Below, one piece after another: positions 1 to 9,504 of a DNA stretch of 64,000 nucleotides (the stretch's first letter is position 1; every line of letters begins with the position of its first letter). This stretch comes from a virus (lineage: Duplodnaviria; Caudoviricetes). Location of the stretch: positions 120,342 through 184,341 of IMG/VR virus record IMGVR_UViG_3300021426_000064. One strand, written 5' to 3'. The notes under the pieces are model-generated. The model did no database searches, was not told the origin of the DNA, and saw only the letters and a program-made list of their open reading frames with translations. Made by a program: the position numbers and the translations under genes.

Positions 1-16
1 CATTGAATCGATCAAA

Positions 17-511
17 GTGTTCTCCAGGGATAATCTGGAAGTCGAAACGCAGGCTCTGAATAACGGTATTATCCGGGTTGGTGCACAGCGGATTGTCTTC
101 TCCGGAAAAACAGAGCTGGGTAAGATAGAGATTAAAATTCGTCTGCTGTATAAAAATTCATCCGGCAAGTATCCGTTTGGCTTAAAGCACTTGTATGTGC
201 AAGAGGCCGAATTTGAAGACGATTGCTACGTCATTGTCCGCGCCGACAAAACCAAAGCGATTTCCTATATATATGATAGCATTGTGGTTAAAAATCAGTA
301 TGGCGTAGACACTTCGGCATCAAGCAAGGAATATGATATCCATTACTACGCTTTTTTTGACGGGGAAAATCCTGACCGCGAACTTGAGGTGTCAAAACCT
401 GCTGCACTGAATTACATTGCCACGAACACAAAAACAGTGTTTATCAAAATTCCTGTAGAAACAGCTATTATAGCTATTACGCCAAACATTTCAACGGAAA
501 CGATTAGTTGA
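17..511 (+). CDS. hypothetical protein, 5'-truncated (possibly virion structural)
   Basis: Frame is open back to the window start; beta-rich sequence; followed by a terminator. Confidence 0.55.
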   Translation: MFSRDNLEVETQALNNGIIRVGAQRIVFSGKTELGKIEIKIRLLYKNSSGKYPFGLKHLYVQEAEFEDDCYVIVRADKTKAISYIYDSIVVKNQYGVDTSASSKEYDIHYYAFFDGENPDRELEVSKPAALNYIATNTKTVFIKIPVETAIIAITPNISTETIS

Positions 512-516
512 CCCCG

Positions 517-549
517 ATACCGCCCGCGATAAGCAGGCGGTATTTTTAT
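517..549 (+). terminator. intrinsic terminator
   Basis: ATACCGCC...GGCGGTAT stem followed by a T-tract. Confidence 0.7.
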
Positions 550-593
550 CTTGTATATAGTCAGAAAAATTTTAACATTTTGAAAAAATAGTA

Positions 594-653
594 TTGCCAA
601 AATGAGACCGTTGTGATAATATGTAAGTAGAGCGTAAGAAGTATGTAAGAAGT
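594..653 (+). promoter_or_regulatory. sigma70-like promoter with tandem GTAAG(A/T)AG operator-like repeats
   Basis: TTGCCA 594-599, TAATAT 617-622; GTAAGTAG 623-630, GTAAGAAGT 634-642 and 645-653. Confidence 0.55.
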
Positions 654-670
654 GAAAGGGGATAAAGAAG

Positions 671-1336
671 ATGCAGGTCACGGATGCGAATTTTTTCTAC
701 AAGAACTACGTCGGGTATTATCCTAATGAAGATTGGATGTTTGAATCTACACAAGGCATGATTGAACATTACGTTGAGTCTGGCCTGAAAGAAAAGCTAT
801 TGGATATATACGAAGCATGTGCCGGGGATGGTGTCCTTGCTGCAGATAATATCCCGTATGAATTGTGGCAGGATGGGAATATCCTTATTCCCGGCAGGTT
901 CTATTTACACCCCGAGCTGACATTAATGCAGCGAGCACCGGAAATAAATATTTTTACCGGCGAAGCGGTAGTAAGGCCTCATTATCGGGAAATAAGGGAA
1001 CTGTACACGCTAAACGACGTCTTACTGTATGCAGGGAAGATGCTGCGCAGAGATACATTGCTTAAAGATGAAAAACAAGATATCGGCGCCATAAAACATT
1101 TACTTAAGCGATATGCAAGACAACAGGAAGAACTTGGCATTATGGCGCTGGATATGATTCTTTACCTCATACGCCATCATAAAGGCGAAAGGATAGAGCT
1201 TCTTAACATATCTCAGGACGAAGATATTGTAGCACAGCAGGTAAGAGCGTACGCAGAAAAGCTAAAGACAATGGGCAGACACAAAATAATTTGGAGGGAA
1301 AATATAAGATGCTGTCGGAAGGATTCATTGAAGTAG
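671..1336 (+). CDS. hypothetical protein, first gene of the replication operon
   Basis: 221-aa ORF, RBS AAGGGG, overlaps the primase start. Confidence 0.75.
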   Translation: MQVTDANFFYKNYVGYYPNEDWMFESTQGMIEHYVESGLKEKLLDIYEACAGDGVLAADNIPYELWQDGNILIPGRFYLHPELTLMQRAPEINIFTGEAVVRPHYREIRELYTLNDVLLYAGKMLRRDTLLKDEKQDIGAIKHLLKRYARQQEELGIMALDMILYLIRHHKGERIELLNISQDEDIVAQQVRAYAEKLKTMGRHKIIWRENIRCCRKDSLK

Positions 1337-2370
1337 GTGGAAAGTGTGGCAACTACTTCACAAGAAATATGGTTTACCCGCTGAATAATCGGCAAAAAGC
1401 TTTTGCCGACCTTAAAAAGAAAACAGGCGGCAGGGATATGTATTACTGTACGTATGTATTCGACAATAAGACCCGTGAAAAAGGGACAAGGTTCTTTTCG
1501 CCGCTCTATTTCGACATTGATGGGGATATTCAGACTGACGAGGGCTTTGAACGGGTAAGGCTGGCAGCACTATCCCTTGCGACAATTCTTAATATAGAAC
1601 TGAGGCTGAACGTAAATGAAATGAAGTTCTATTTTTCTGGCGGAAAAGGCTTTCATGTTTTTATTGACCCTCGTATTCTGGGGGTAAAACCAAGCACAAA
1701 ACTTCCGGCATTATACAAGCTGTATGTATCTTACTTAAGCCGTAAGATAGAAAACGGCGCGCTACTGGACACAAGAATATATGACAGTCGCCGCCTGATT
1801 CGTTTCCCGAATACGATAAATGACAAAACCGGCTTATATAAAATTCCGATAACATACAACCAACTTCGGACGCTTACAAGGGAGCAACTTTTCAGCTTAG
1901 CGAAAAACCCTCAGCAGGAATATGTTACTTCGGTAAAATTCAATCAGGAGGCGGCAAGCCGCTTTGTAGATAAGCTCCGCGAAATGGCGCAGGAACAGGC
2001 ACAGCCAACAAGTAGTAATATACATATACCAAGCAGCGCTCAAAAATTGCCGTTATGTGTAAAGCATCTGCTCTCGACGACAGTAGACAAAGGCGGCAGG
2101 AACAATACACTCGCATTGATAGCGTCCCTTCTTGTTCAGAATGGTTATGTAGGGGATGTCGCAATCAGTATACTGCAGGATTGGAATATGGGCAACGCTG
2201 AGCCGCTTACTGACCATGAACTTATCACGACATATAACAGCGCTGAACGAATGGCAAGAGCGGGCAGGGGATATGGATGTTCTTCTATAAGACAACAAGG
2301 GGCTTTTGCTCCAAGGGAAGTTTGTCCAAAATGTAAGATTTTTAAATGTAAACACGGGGCGGGGAGATAA
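1309..2370 (+). CDS. AEP-type primase-polymerase with PriCT-like and C-terminal Cys domains
   Basis: YFDID and FSGGKGFH AEP motifs, R-x-P-N-T-x-N, GGRNN PriCT motif, C-terminal Cys cluster; start moved to ATG 1309 after GGAGGG. Confidence 0.85.
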   Translation: MLSEGFIEVGGKCGNYFTRNMVYPLNNRQKAFADLKKKTGGRDMYYCTYVFDNKTREKGTRFFSPLYFDIDGDIQTDEGFERVRLAALSLATILNIELRLNVNEMKFYFSGGKGFHVFIDPRILGVKPSTKLPALYKLYVSYLSRKIENGALLDTRIYDSRRLIRFPNTINDKTGLYKIPITYNQLRTLTREQLFSLAKNPQQEYVTSVKFNQEAASRFVDKLREMAQEQAQPTSSNIHIPSSAQKLPLCVKHLLSTTVDKGGRNNTLALIASLLVQNGYVGDVAISILQDWNMGNAEPLTDHELITTYNSAERMARAGRGYGCSSIRQQGAFAPREVCPKCKIFKCKHGAGR

Positions 2371-3534
2371 ATGGACGAGAAAGAGATTTTAGAGGAAAAC
2401 ATGCCGGAAGAAAATAGCAATAAAAATACAGAGAAACGGCCTGTGGCAGACCTTAGTTTCCTTGACGATGCGTTTGACGAAGAGCTGAATGTACATGAAG
2501 CACAGGAGGTCGGTGTATCGGATAAATATGCCGTAGCGCCGATAGATGTATTCGAAGCATCCAGACAGTATATTGATGACTTTGAAAATGCCTGCCAGAA
2601 CGAAGGCACCGGATATGAAGCGCCGAATTTTCCTATCTGGTCAGAAAAGATGGAGGGGCTTATGAATGGCTTCTATATCTTTGCCGGATATTCGAACTCA
2701 GGGAAAAGCGCTACGTGCATGAACTTAGCTATGGATTATGCGCTCAATGAAGATAACCACCTGTATCTTATCTATTATTCGTTGGACGATACCAAGGAGG
2801 ATATCTATTCCCGCATTATCGCTATGAAGTATCGTTTACCGATTTCTGTAATCCGTAAACCGAAACGTTACGAGAAGATGATCGAAGAAGGCAAGGAAAA
2901 TACGGCACTTTATCAGAAGCAGCTTGACTTGCGCAAAAAGGCCGTTGAGGACATTAAGAGGTTCTCTCATAAGTTCATGGTTAAAGATGGCGAAGAGATT
3001 GATTGTATCGAAAAGATGCTCAACCATGCCAAGATGGTAAAGAGCTACTTACAGACCCGCGACCCGCAGGCAAATATTCTGGTTGTGATAGACTCTTTGA
3101 TGGATATCAATATTGACTCGCAGAACTATCGAGAAGAAAAAGACCGCAATACGGCAATATCTAAGCTGGTTAAGAAGTATGCCACGACAGAGCTTAAATG
3201 CCCTATATTTGGTACAGCCCATGTACGTAAAAACTCTGGCCGTCGTATTACGATCAGTGACCTTAAAGAATCTGGGCGCTACGAATATGATGCTCGCGCG
3301 GTCTTCCTGATTACGAATGATGTTTCCCGTAACGGGCAAAATGCAGAGATTTACTTTACGCAAGGCAATGATGATATTACAAAGCATCCGGTGCTTGAAA
3401 TCTATTGGTCCAAAAATAAAACATCTTCATTCAAGGAAAGAACGTATTGTTATTTCAGCCCTGAAACTTCTCTGGCTATTGAGGTAAAAAAAGAACAGGC
3501 AGAAGAATACGACTCTATTATTTATGCCGAGTAA
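2371..3534 (+). CDS. DnaB-like replicative helicase
   Basis: Walker A GYSNSGKS, Walker B VVIDSL, LKESGRYEYDA (DnaB H4-like), KNK; adjacent to the primase. Confidence 0.85.
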   Translation: MDEKEILEENMPEENSNKNTEKRPVADLSFLDDAFDEELNVHEAQEVGVSDKYAVAPIDVFEASRQYIDDFENACQNEGTGYEAPNFPIWSEKMEGLMNGFYIFAGYSNSGKSATCMNLAMDYALNEDNHLYLIYYSLDDTKEDIYSRIIAMKYRLPISVIRKPKRYEKMIEEGKENTALYQKQLDLRKKAVEDIKRFSHKFMVKDGEEIDCIEKMLNHAKMVKSYLQTRDPQANILVVIDSLMDINIDSQNYREEKDRNTAISKLVKKYATTELKCPIFGTAHVRKNSGRRITISDLKESGRYEYDARAVFLITNDVSRNGQNAEIYFTQGNDDITKHPVLEIYWSKNKTSSFKERTYCYFSPETSLAIEVKKEQAEEYDSIIYAE

Positions 3535-3538
3535 CGAC

Positions 3539-3572
3539 AATCCGCCGAACACATTCGTGCCGGCGGATTTTT
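3539..3572 (+). terminator. intrinsic terminator
   Basis: AATCCGCCG...CGGCGGATT stem followed by TTT. Confidence 0.7.
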
Positions 3573-3586
3573 GCGTGTTTTACTTT

Positions 3587-3656
3587 GCTTCTTACCTACT
3601 TCTTAAATACTTCTTACATATTTTATATTGACAAATGTGTAAGAAGTGGATATAAT
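3587..3656 (+). promoter_or_regulatory. consensus sigma70 promoter with four operator-like repeats
   Basis: TTGACA 3628-3633, 17 bp, TATAAT 3651-3656; GTAAGAAGT in the spacer (3639-3647); three reverse copies (GCTTCTTAC, ACTTCTTAA, ACTTCTTAC) at 3587-3617. Confidence 0.85.
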
Positions 3657-3711
3657 AAGAACATAGAAAAGAAACTAAATACAGAGAAAAAACGTAGAAA
3701 GGAAGACGTTT

Positions 3712-4458
3712 TTGGCTATGAATACGCTCGTAGTTAAAGAGATCCCAATGATAGTCATGGGAGAAACACCGCTGATTAACAGCAGTGAGCTGGCCAGAAT
3801 CTTCGGTAAAAAACACGGCAACTTTGTTAACGCCACTAAGATTTACCTCGACTCTCTTCCGATTGCCAGGAAACATATTAAGCCTTCTGAAGACAACGAT
3901 AGCTATATGTTCGACTTGCAGGGGTTCACATCAATTACCCCATATATCGTAGGCAGTGAAAAGAGCAAAGCGATGAAGGTTGCAGAGGCTTTCGAAGAAG
4001 CATACCGACAGATTTCCCGTAACCGCGAAAACGAAGCAACGGATCGGCTAAGAAAAGCCGCAATGCAGTTTAAGGAAGAGCGCGATGATGCCGCAGAAAA
4101 GGTAAAAACGCTGGATGCGCTCTGCAACACCAGAGATTATTATTCGTTTTCCGATGCAGCTAAGTTAATCGGTATCCCACGCAAACGACTTATCCGCGCT
4201 TTGGAAGAACATGAATACATCATTCGCAAAGCAAGAGCCGGCCGCTACAAACAGACGACACTGATGCCAAAAGCCAAATACATGGCAGACGGACAGGGCG
4301 AAGGGCTGTTTGTGCTGAAGCAACTGAAGTTTGGTCCGGCATGGAAAAATGAAAAAGGCGAAACCTGCCAAAGCATGGTGCTTCACCCATATCTTACTGA
4401 AAAAGGTGTGGCAAGAATGCATGTGCTTCTAAAGAAGTGGGGTGAGCTCGCTGCGTGA
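3712..4458 (+). CDS. phage antirepressor (Rha-like N-terminus, KilAC/ANT C-terminus)
   Basis: SSELARIFGKKHGN Rha-like start; YSFSDAAKLIGI...YLTEKG ANT-type end. Confidence 0.8.
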   Translation: MAMNTLVVKEIPMIVMGETPLINSSELARIFGKKHGNFVNATKIYLDSLPIARKHIKPSEDNDSYMFDLQGFTSITPYIVGSEKSKAMKVAEAFEEAYRQISRNRENEATDRLRKAAMQFKEERDDAAEKVKTLDALCNTRDYYSFSDAAKLIGIPRKRLIRALEEHEYIIRKARAGRYKQTTLMPKAKYMADGQGEGLFVLKQLKFGPAWKNEKGETCQSMVLHPYLTEKGVARMHVLLKKWGELAA

Positions 4459-4681
4459 GATAAAAACGTGGAATTCTCCACTGGGGGCTAGAATACATTG
4501 CCCGAACTTTGATCCGTGTCCACTTTGTTATGGCTGCCGCAATTATACAGAGAAAGCTGTCCGCTGTGACCGCTGTGCTGAAGATGATAAAAAGCGCAAT
4601 GTATGTAATACAATAAGCCATACTGAAAAAGCGCTGGGTATGATGATTAGGCAAACCACTGTAAAAATATACGAGGAATAA
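4442..4681 (+). CDS. small Cys-rich (Zn-binding?) protein
   Basis: CPNFDPCPLCYGC and CDRC motifs; overlaps the previous gene. Confidence 0.6.
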   Translation: MSSLREIKTWNSPLGARIHCPNFDPCPLCYGCRNYTEKAVRCDRCAEDDKKRNVCNTISHTEKALGMMIRQTTVKIYEE

Positions 4682-4685
4682 TAAA

Positions 4686-5348
4686 TTGGAAGATTATAGA
4701 ATTAATAAAATATATACGAATCCAGAGGATATGTATGCGTGGCAGGGAAAAATCAAAGACCACGTAAATACAGACGAAAGTGACGGAGTTACTATTCTGG
4801 CTCCGGAAGGATACGGCAAGACCTATTTCTGCCGTGATATGATTAATGAATGGCTGGAAATGCTTGCTCCGGGTGCAAATATCCTGTACTATTCGCCCAA
4901 ACATGATGCCTGTGATAGGATGGCCGTAACATGTGCTTTTATTCAACAAGGGCATATGACCAGAGATTACACGATAACCAATGATGCTCAGCAGACGATT
5001 GTTATCCCTGTAACTGCACAGCAGCTAAAAGATGTGCTTTCGTCGGCAATGAGGTTCGACCTTATCATTATCGATGATGCAGATATAATGGGGAATGCCG
5101 CTCTCCACTCTATTATCCTGAAGGGTATGCTTGACGACGCAAAACTGGTCATCGTCGGCACATCCCATGAGAATGAAGAAATTCAGCTCAGTAAGAGTAT
5201 CTGGAAATGGCTTCTCAATCATCCGTGCTATACAGCATTTGAGGTTGTTAAACCGAGTTTACTACCGCAGGAAGAAGAAGCAGGAAAAACCATGATTGAC
5301 CACCTGATAAGTATTCTTCATCCTATGAAGTATCATTATGTAGCGTAA
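4686..5348 (+). CDS. P-loop NTPase (helicase/terminase-ATPase-like)
   Basis: APEGYGKT Walker A, IIIDDAD Walker B. Confidence 0.6.
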   Translation: MEDYRINKIYTNPEDMYAWQGKIKDHVNTDESDGVTILAPEGYGKTYFCRDMINEWLEMLAPGANILYYSPKHDACDRMAVTCAFIQQGHMTRDYTITNDAQQTIVIPVTAQQLKDVLSSAMRFDLIIIDDADIMGNAALHSIILKGMLDDAKLVIVGTSHENEEIQLSKSIWKWLLNHPCYTAFEVVKPSLLPQEEEAGKTMIDHLISILHPMKYHYVA

Positions 5349-5370
5349 AGGAAAGCAGGTAAACCAAAGT

Positions 5371-5673
5371 ATGACAAAAATCATTCCTATCGGAGAAAAG
5401 CTTCTGATTAAACCGGAAGTAAAAAACGATAAGCAGACAGCTTCCGGTATTGTAATTCCCGAAACATCTGTGGATAAGCCGCAGATTGGCGAAGTAGTGG
5501 CTGCTGGCGAAGGCCGCATCCTGGAAAATGGTACAATGATGCCGCTTACGGTTAAAGTCGGCGACCGAGTTCTTTTCCGCAAATTCGCAGGAACAGAAAT
5601 TAAAATCGACAAGGAAGACGATGTTCTTCTGCTGGTAACAGAACGCGATATTCTGGGTATCATCCAGAAATAA
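5371..5673 (+). CDS. groES: co-chaperonin GroES
   Basis: PIGEKLLI, TASGIVIP, GEVVAAGEG, VKVGDRVLF, ERDILGII. Confidence 0.95.
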   Translation: MTKIIPIGEKLLIKPEVKNDKQTASGIVIPETSVDKPQIGEVVAAGEGRILENGTMMPLTVKVGDRVLFRKFAGTEIKIDKEDDVLLLVTERDILGIIQK

Positions 5674-5730
5674 TGCAGATTTAGGCCGCCCATAGCGGGC
5701 GGCTGACAATCTAACCGGAGGAAAATAATT

Positions 5731-6306
5731 TTGCAATCTAATAATCAAAACATCAATCATCTCGAATTTTGGGCCAACCAGAAAGATATTTTGACGGGCA
5801 CCTTGAACGCGATGCAGGCTGAAAGACTGGAGAACGCTGTAAAGAAGCTCTATTATCCTGAATTGCAGCAGTTTGTTGTTCTGGTTCTGACCCGTAAGGT
5901 TGAAGAAGATGGCGAAATCGAAGATGCCTTGGGCGCATTTGAGTTAGGCGTAAGATACTTTACCGAGCGCGGGTATTACTACGAAATGGCCCCCAATAAG
6001 CAGACGTGCACATTCTTAGCGTCGCTCCTTCTGCATAACGTATACTTCAATCACCATATCCATAACGCTTTTGATTGGCTCAGAGTTTTCAAACTCCGTG
6101 ACGAAACCGAAGGCCTGGCTTATGCGCTTTATGAAATAATGGAATATAATGACCGCGGCATGTTTGAATTTGTATATCAGAATGTTGAAGCTCAGCTGGG
6201 CGAAGCAATGCCAACACCGGGCAATCGTCCGGTTCGTGGTCAGAATACGGAGCATTTCTGGAACGTGCTCTGGTTCTATTATCATGGCACACATTCGAAA
6301 TGGTAA
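5731..6306 (+). CDS. hypothetical protein (degenerate HD-like fold?)
   Basis: 191-aa ORF with RBS GGAGG; ASLLLHNV resembles the HD-domain AALLHD motif. Confidence 0.6.
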   Translation: MQSNNQNINHLEFWANQKDILTGTLNAMQAERLENAVKKLYYPELQQFVVLVLTRKVEEDGEIEDALGAFELGVRYFTERGYYYEMAPNKQTCTFLASLLLHNVYFNHHIHNAFDWLRVFKLRDETEGLAYALYEIMEYNDRGMFEFVYQNVEAQLGEAMPTPGNRPVRGQNTEHFWNVLWFYYHGTHSKW

Positions 6307-7028
6307 TTGAAATAACAGAAGAACAGCTTTTTGATTACATGAACTGTCCGGTGCGGTATGCCATAAAATATGGCAAGAATCATATCAAAGTACCGCCGCA
6401 GATAACTTTTCCAAAGCTGTTAAATCAGGTTGTGTATGGATTTTGTCAGTCGCTAAAGGACGGCATTGTGCTGCCGCCCGATAAAATAAAGCGAAAATGG
6501 GACACGGTTTGTAAAAATCATCCCGACAAAATCACCCAGGATAAAATCCGTGAAGGATTCGGGGCTCTGTATAGGTTTTATGAGTATGCAGAGGAAAACC
6601 AAATACTGGTTGCGGATATTGGTTCTCCCTATATCCTTCGCGTTAAAGATGGAGACGACACATACATTTATAACGGAACATTGGGGATAATCCTGTCTAA
6701 CAAAGATGGTGAGCCGGAAAATTTCAAAACAGATTTTTCCAGCAGGTTTCCAGAGCAAAGCAAACTGGATATGAATCTCAAGACCACGCTTGATCATGTA
6801 GGTTTTTATGAACTCTACAATTTGCCACTGAGTGGAACACGGGTTCACCATGTAAAAAAGAGCCGGGATTTTTATACCACCCGCGATATCCCAAGCTCAA
6901 CAAAAAGAGTAAGGACAATAATCGCTAATGTCTGTAAGTCAATAAGGCATAATATCTGGTATCCTCACGAGACTCCGTTGTGTTCTTCCTGTGAAGTAAG
7001 AGATTTTTGTATGATGTATGGCTCCTGA
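6300..7028 (+). CDS. PD-(D/E)XK/Cas4-like nuclease-fold protein
   Basis: N-terminal YMNCPVRY and C-terminal CSSC..C Fe-S-type pattern; ENFKT in place of DYKT. Confidence 0.7.
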   Translation: MVIEITEEQLFDYMNCPVRYAIKYGKNHIKVPPQITFPKLLNQVVYGFCQSLKDGIVLPPDKIKRKWDTVCKNHPDKITQDKIREGFGALYRFYEYAEENQILVADIGSPYILRVKDGDDTYIYNGTLGIILSNKDGEPENFKTDFSSRFPEQSKLDMNLKTTLDHVGFYELYNLPLSGTRVHHVKKSRDFYTTRDIPSSTKRVRTIIANVCKSIRHNIWYPHETPLCSSCEVRDFCMMYGS

Positions 7029-7231
7029 TATAGAGCTAAGTAGTTTTTTGTTAACGAGGTATAAGATGCTTAATTTAACCGAAAGAGTCGGCGCGGAGCC
7101 GAAAGTCACAAAAGGTGGTCTTCCCGGTGTATCGGTAAGCATCGGAGGGGCAATCCCCTTTGATGATGATGTACCGCCCACGCAGCCGAAAAAGAAAACC
7201 GCCAAAAGCGAAGATAAGAAGGCGTGACAAA

Positions 7232-7828
7232 ATGCCAATAATTCGCAGGCGAAAAACAGCGGTAAAACCTAAAACCGCAAGTAAGAGGACTTACGAGATT
7301 GATGGAAAGGTATATACAAGCAAATCCCTGAGAGACTATCATGTAGAGCTAAATGAATATGTAAAGTCAGGACTGATAAAATCCTTTGAATTGCCCGAAG
7401 GAAAACTCACAAAGTCTAAATTCCATTCCATCAAAGCGGTTATCAATGGTATCGAGTTTGATTCACTTAATGAATCTCGGTACTATATCCATGTTCTGGA
7501 GGAAGTAAAGGCCGGCAATATTAAGTCTTACGAACTTCAGAAAGCGTACGAAATTGTACCCGCCCATATCCGGCGCGGCAAAAAAGTACGCAAAATGGAA
7601 TACCTGGCAGACTTTGTTTGTCAGATGGCAGACGGCACAGAAAAGGTAATCGACGTGAAAGGGCTAGAAACGGATGTATTCAAGATGAAGAAAAAACTTG
7701 TTGAATATCTTTATCCGAATGTCGAAGTCGAATGTGTCCGTTATGTCGCAAAAGAAAAAGCGTGGCTTACAACAAAGGAATGTAAAGCACGCAAGAAGCT
7801 GGCATCCAAGGAGAGGAAGTCAGCCTAA
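7232..7828 (+). CDS. DUF1064-like PD-(D/E)XK endonuclease
   Basis: GIEFDSLNESRYY, YLADF, VIDVKG, FKMKKKL; start moved to ATG 7232. Confidence 0.8.
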   Translation: MPIIRRRKTAVKPKTASKRTYEIDGKVYTSKSLRDYHVELNEYVKSGLIKSFELPEGKLTKSKFHSIKAVINGIEFDSLNESRYYIHVLEEVKAGNIKSYELQKAYEIVPAHIRRGKKVRKMEYLADFVCQMADGTEKVIDVKGLETDVFKMKKKLVEYLYPNVEVECVRYVAKEKAWLTTKECKARKKLASKERKSA

Positions 7829-8882
7829 AACTAAAGAAACTGTGTGGATAATCTTCTGTGATTGGAAAATAACCAATAGAAAGAAGACTACCACCATAAA
7901 AAAGAGAAAGAAACTTTCTGAAGACGTCATTGTGCGAGACGCCGATAAGACCCAGATTTTTGAAAATGGTTTTGTAACCATAAGAACTGTTTTTAAGGAA
8001 GAAGCAGATTATCTCTGGGATTTGTATCAGCACGAAGATGAATGGCGCGAGATTGACGAACTTGTGCACCAGTATCAAGGACAGTTTGAGGAGGGTGCTA
8101 CGGAAGAAGCTCGCCGCATCGCAAATGAAGCGGGTACGGAACTCTTAAACAGATTCCAGCCGCTGTTTAAAAAATACGTGATACTTCTTAAAAATGGCCA
8201 GATCAATTTCCACAACAGCGAGCAGCGTCAGTTTGTTCGTCTGTTTATCCAGGAACTGCATTTGCAAAAGGCTCTAAGCCGAAAAAATCCTGGCCGGGAT
8301 TATCAGGAACAGATTACAGCCCGGTTTAATTTCTTAATCGAGGGCTATGGACACCAAGATGAAGACGAAATCTACGATGATATGCGGGTTATCTTCTTCA
8401 TGCTTGTTAAACGATACAAAGATGTTGGCCGCAGTTTTTGCTGCTACGTCTACAACGTGTTTAAGTACGAAGTTTGCCGTCATATTCAAAAGTATCAGCG
8501 CAACCCGGCAAACTTTCACTATAAAGTTGCAGAACTCGAGGATAACTGCAAAACAGTCATGGATGACTATTCTTCTATCGAAGATGTTATGTATGAAGAT
8601 GATCAGGGGCTTCCGGATATGACCTGGATTCGCGGAGATACATGCTCGGAAATCTTCCAGCAGTTTACGGACGAAGAACGCCTGATATTCTCGAAGTATT
8701 ATCTGCAGGATTGGAACGATAGTCAGATTGCTCAGCTTCTCGGCATGCACATTAACACGGCAAACCAGAGAAGGAAGAGTATCACCAGACGTTTGTGTAA
8801 AACACTTGGCCTGGATCCAAAGGACATTGTTCGGCATCGCAAATCCGGTAAAAGAGCTATCCTTAATACCGAGGTAGCATAA
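7698..8882 (+). CDS. phage RNA polymerase sigma-70-like factor
   Basis: Region 2-like segment (LLNRFQPL...RSFCCYVY) and region 4 HTH (FTDEERLIF...DSQIAQLLGMHINTANQRRK); true start probably downstream (e.g. GTG 7842). Confidence 0.7.
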   Translation: MLNIFIRMSKSNVSVMSQKKKRGLQQRNVKHARSWHPRRGSQPKTKETVWIIFCDWKITNRKKTTTIKKRKKLSEDVIVRDADKTQIFENGFVTIRTVFKEEADYLWDLYQHEDEWREIDELVHQYQGQFEEGATEEARRIANEAGTELLNRFQPLFKKYVILLKNGQINFHNSEQRQFVRLFIQELHLQKALSRKNPGRDYQEQITARFNFLIEGYGHQDEDEIYDDMRVIFFMLVKRYKDVGRSFCCYVYNVFKYEVCRHIQKYQRNPANFHYKVAELEDNCKTVMDDYSSIEDVMYEDDQGLPDMTWIRGDTCSEIFQQFTDEERLIFSKYYLQDWNDSQIAQLLGMHINTANQRRKSITRRLCKTLGLDPKDIVRHRKSGKRAILNTEVA

Positions 8883-8922
8883 AGCGGGGGCGTCACAGCC
8901 CCTAATTTTTTGGAGGAAAAAC

Positions 8923-9480
8923 ATGAATAAAACAAAAATCGGTGCAATTGTAATAACTGTATTGCTGGCATTATTTCTTGTGGGGAATTTTAACTCCCTC
9001 ACCAATAAGGATGTAGAGGTTCAGACGGCGGCAGCGCAGATTGATGTGCAGCTGCAGCGCCGTGCAGAACTTATCCCAAATCTCGTAAACACGGTTAAGG
9101 GATATGCTTCTCACGAAAAAGAAACGCTGACGGCTATTACAGAAGCTCGTGCAAAGTTGCAAGACCCGAATGCTACGCTTAAAGATAAAGCACATGCAGA
9201 TGGTGAACTCACCAGTGCTCTTAATCGGCTGATGATGGTACAGGAAAATTATCCGAACCTTAAAGCAGATGCACACTTCACCGAACTTATGCGTGAGCTT
9301 GCCGGTACGGAAAACCGCGTAACAGTAGCCCGCACCCGTTATAATAAAGCGGTGGCAGAATACAACACTTCTGTTCGCACTTTCCCCGGTAATATTTGCG
9401 CCGGCGTTTTTGGATTCTATCAGGCCGAGCCGATTGAAGCAACGGAAGCTGAAAAGAAGAATCCCGAAGTTAAATTCTAA
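8923..9480 (+). CDS. lemA: LemA family protein
   Basis: QLQRRAELIPNLVNTVKGYASHE, ENYPNLKA, TENRV..AR.RYN, FP.N. Confidence 0.95.
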   Translation: MNKTKIGAIVITVLLALFLVGNFNSLTNKDVEVQTAAAQIDVQLQRRAELIPNLVNTVKGYASHEKETLTAITEARAKLQDPNATLKDKAHADGELTSALNRLMMVQENYPNLKADAHFTELMRELAGTENRVTVARTRYNKAVAEYNTSVRTFPGNICAGVFGFYQAEPIEATEAEKKNPEVKF

Positions 9481-9504
9481 ACCCATTGAAGGTGGCGAGA
9501 TAAT

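Noticed and set aside
6300-7028. Cas4-like protein suggesting CRISPR-Cas
   Set aside because: No array or other cas genes seen; solo Cas4-like nucleases are common in phages
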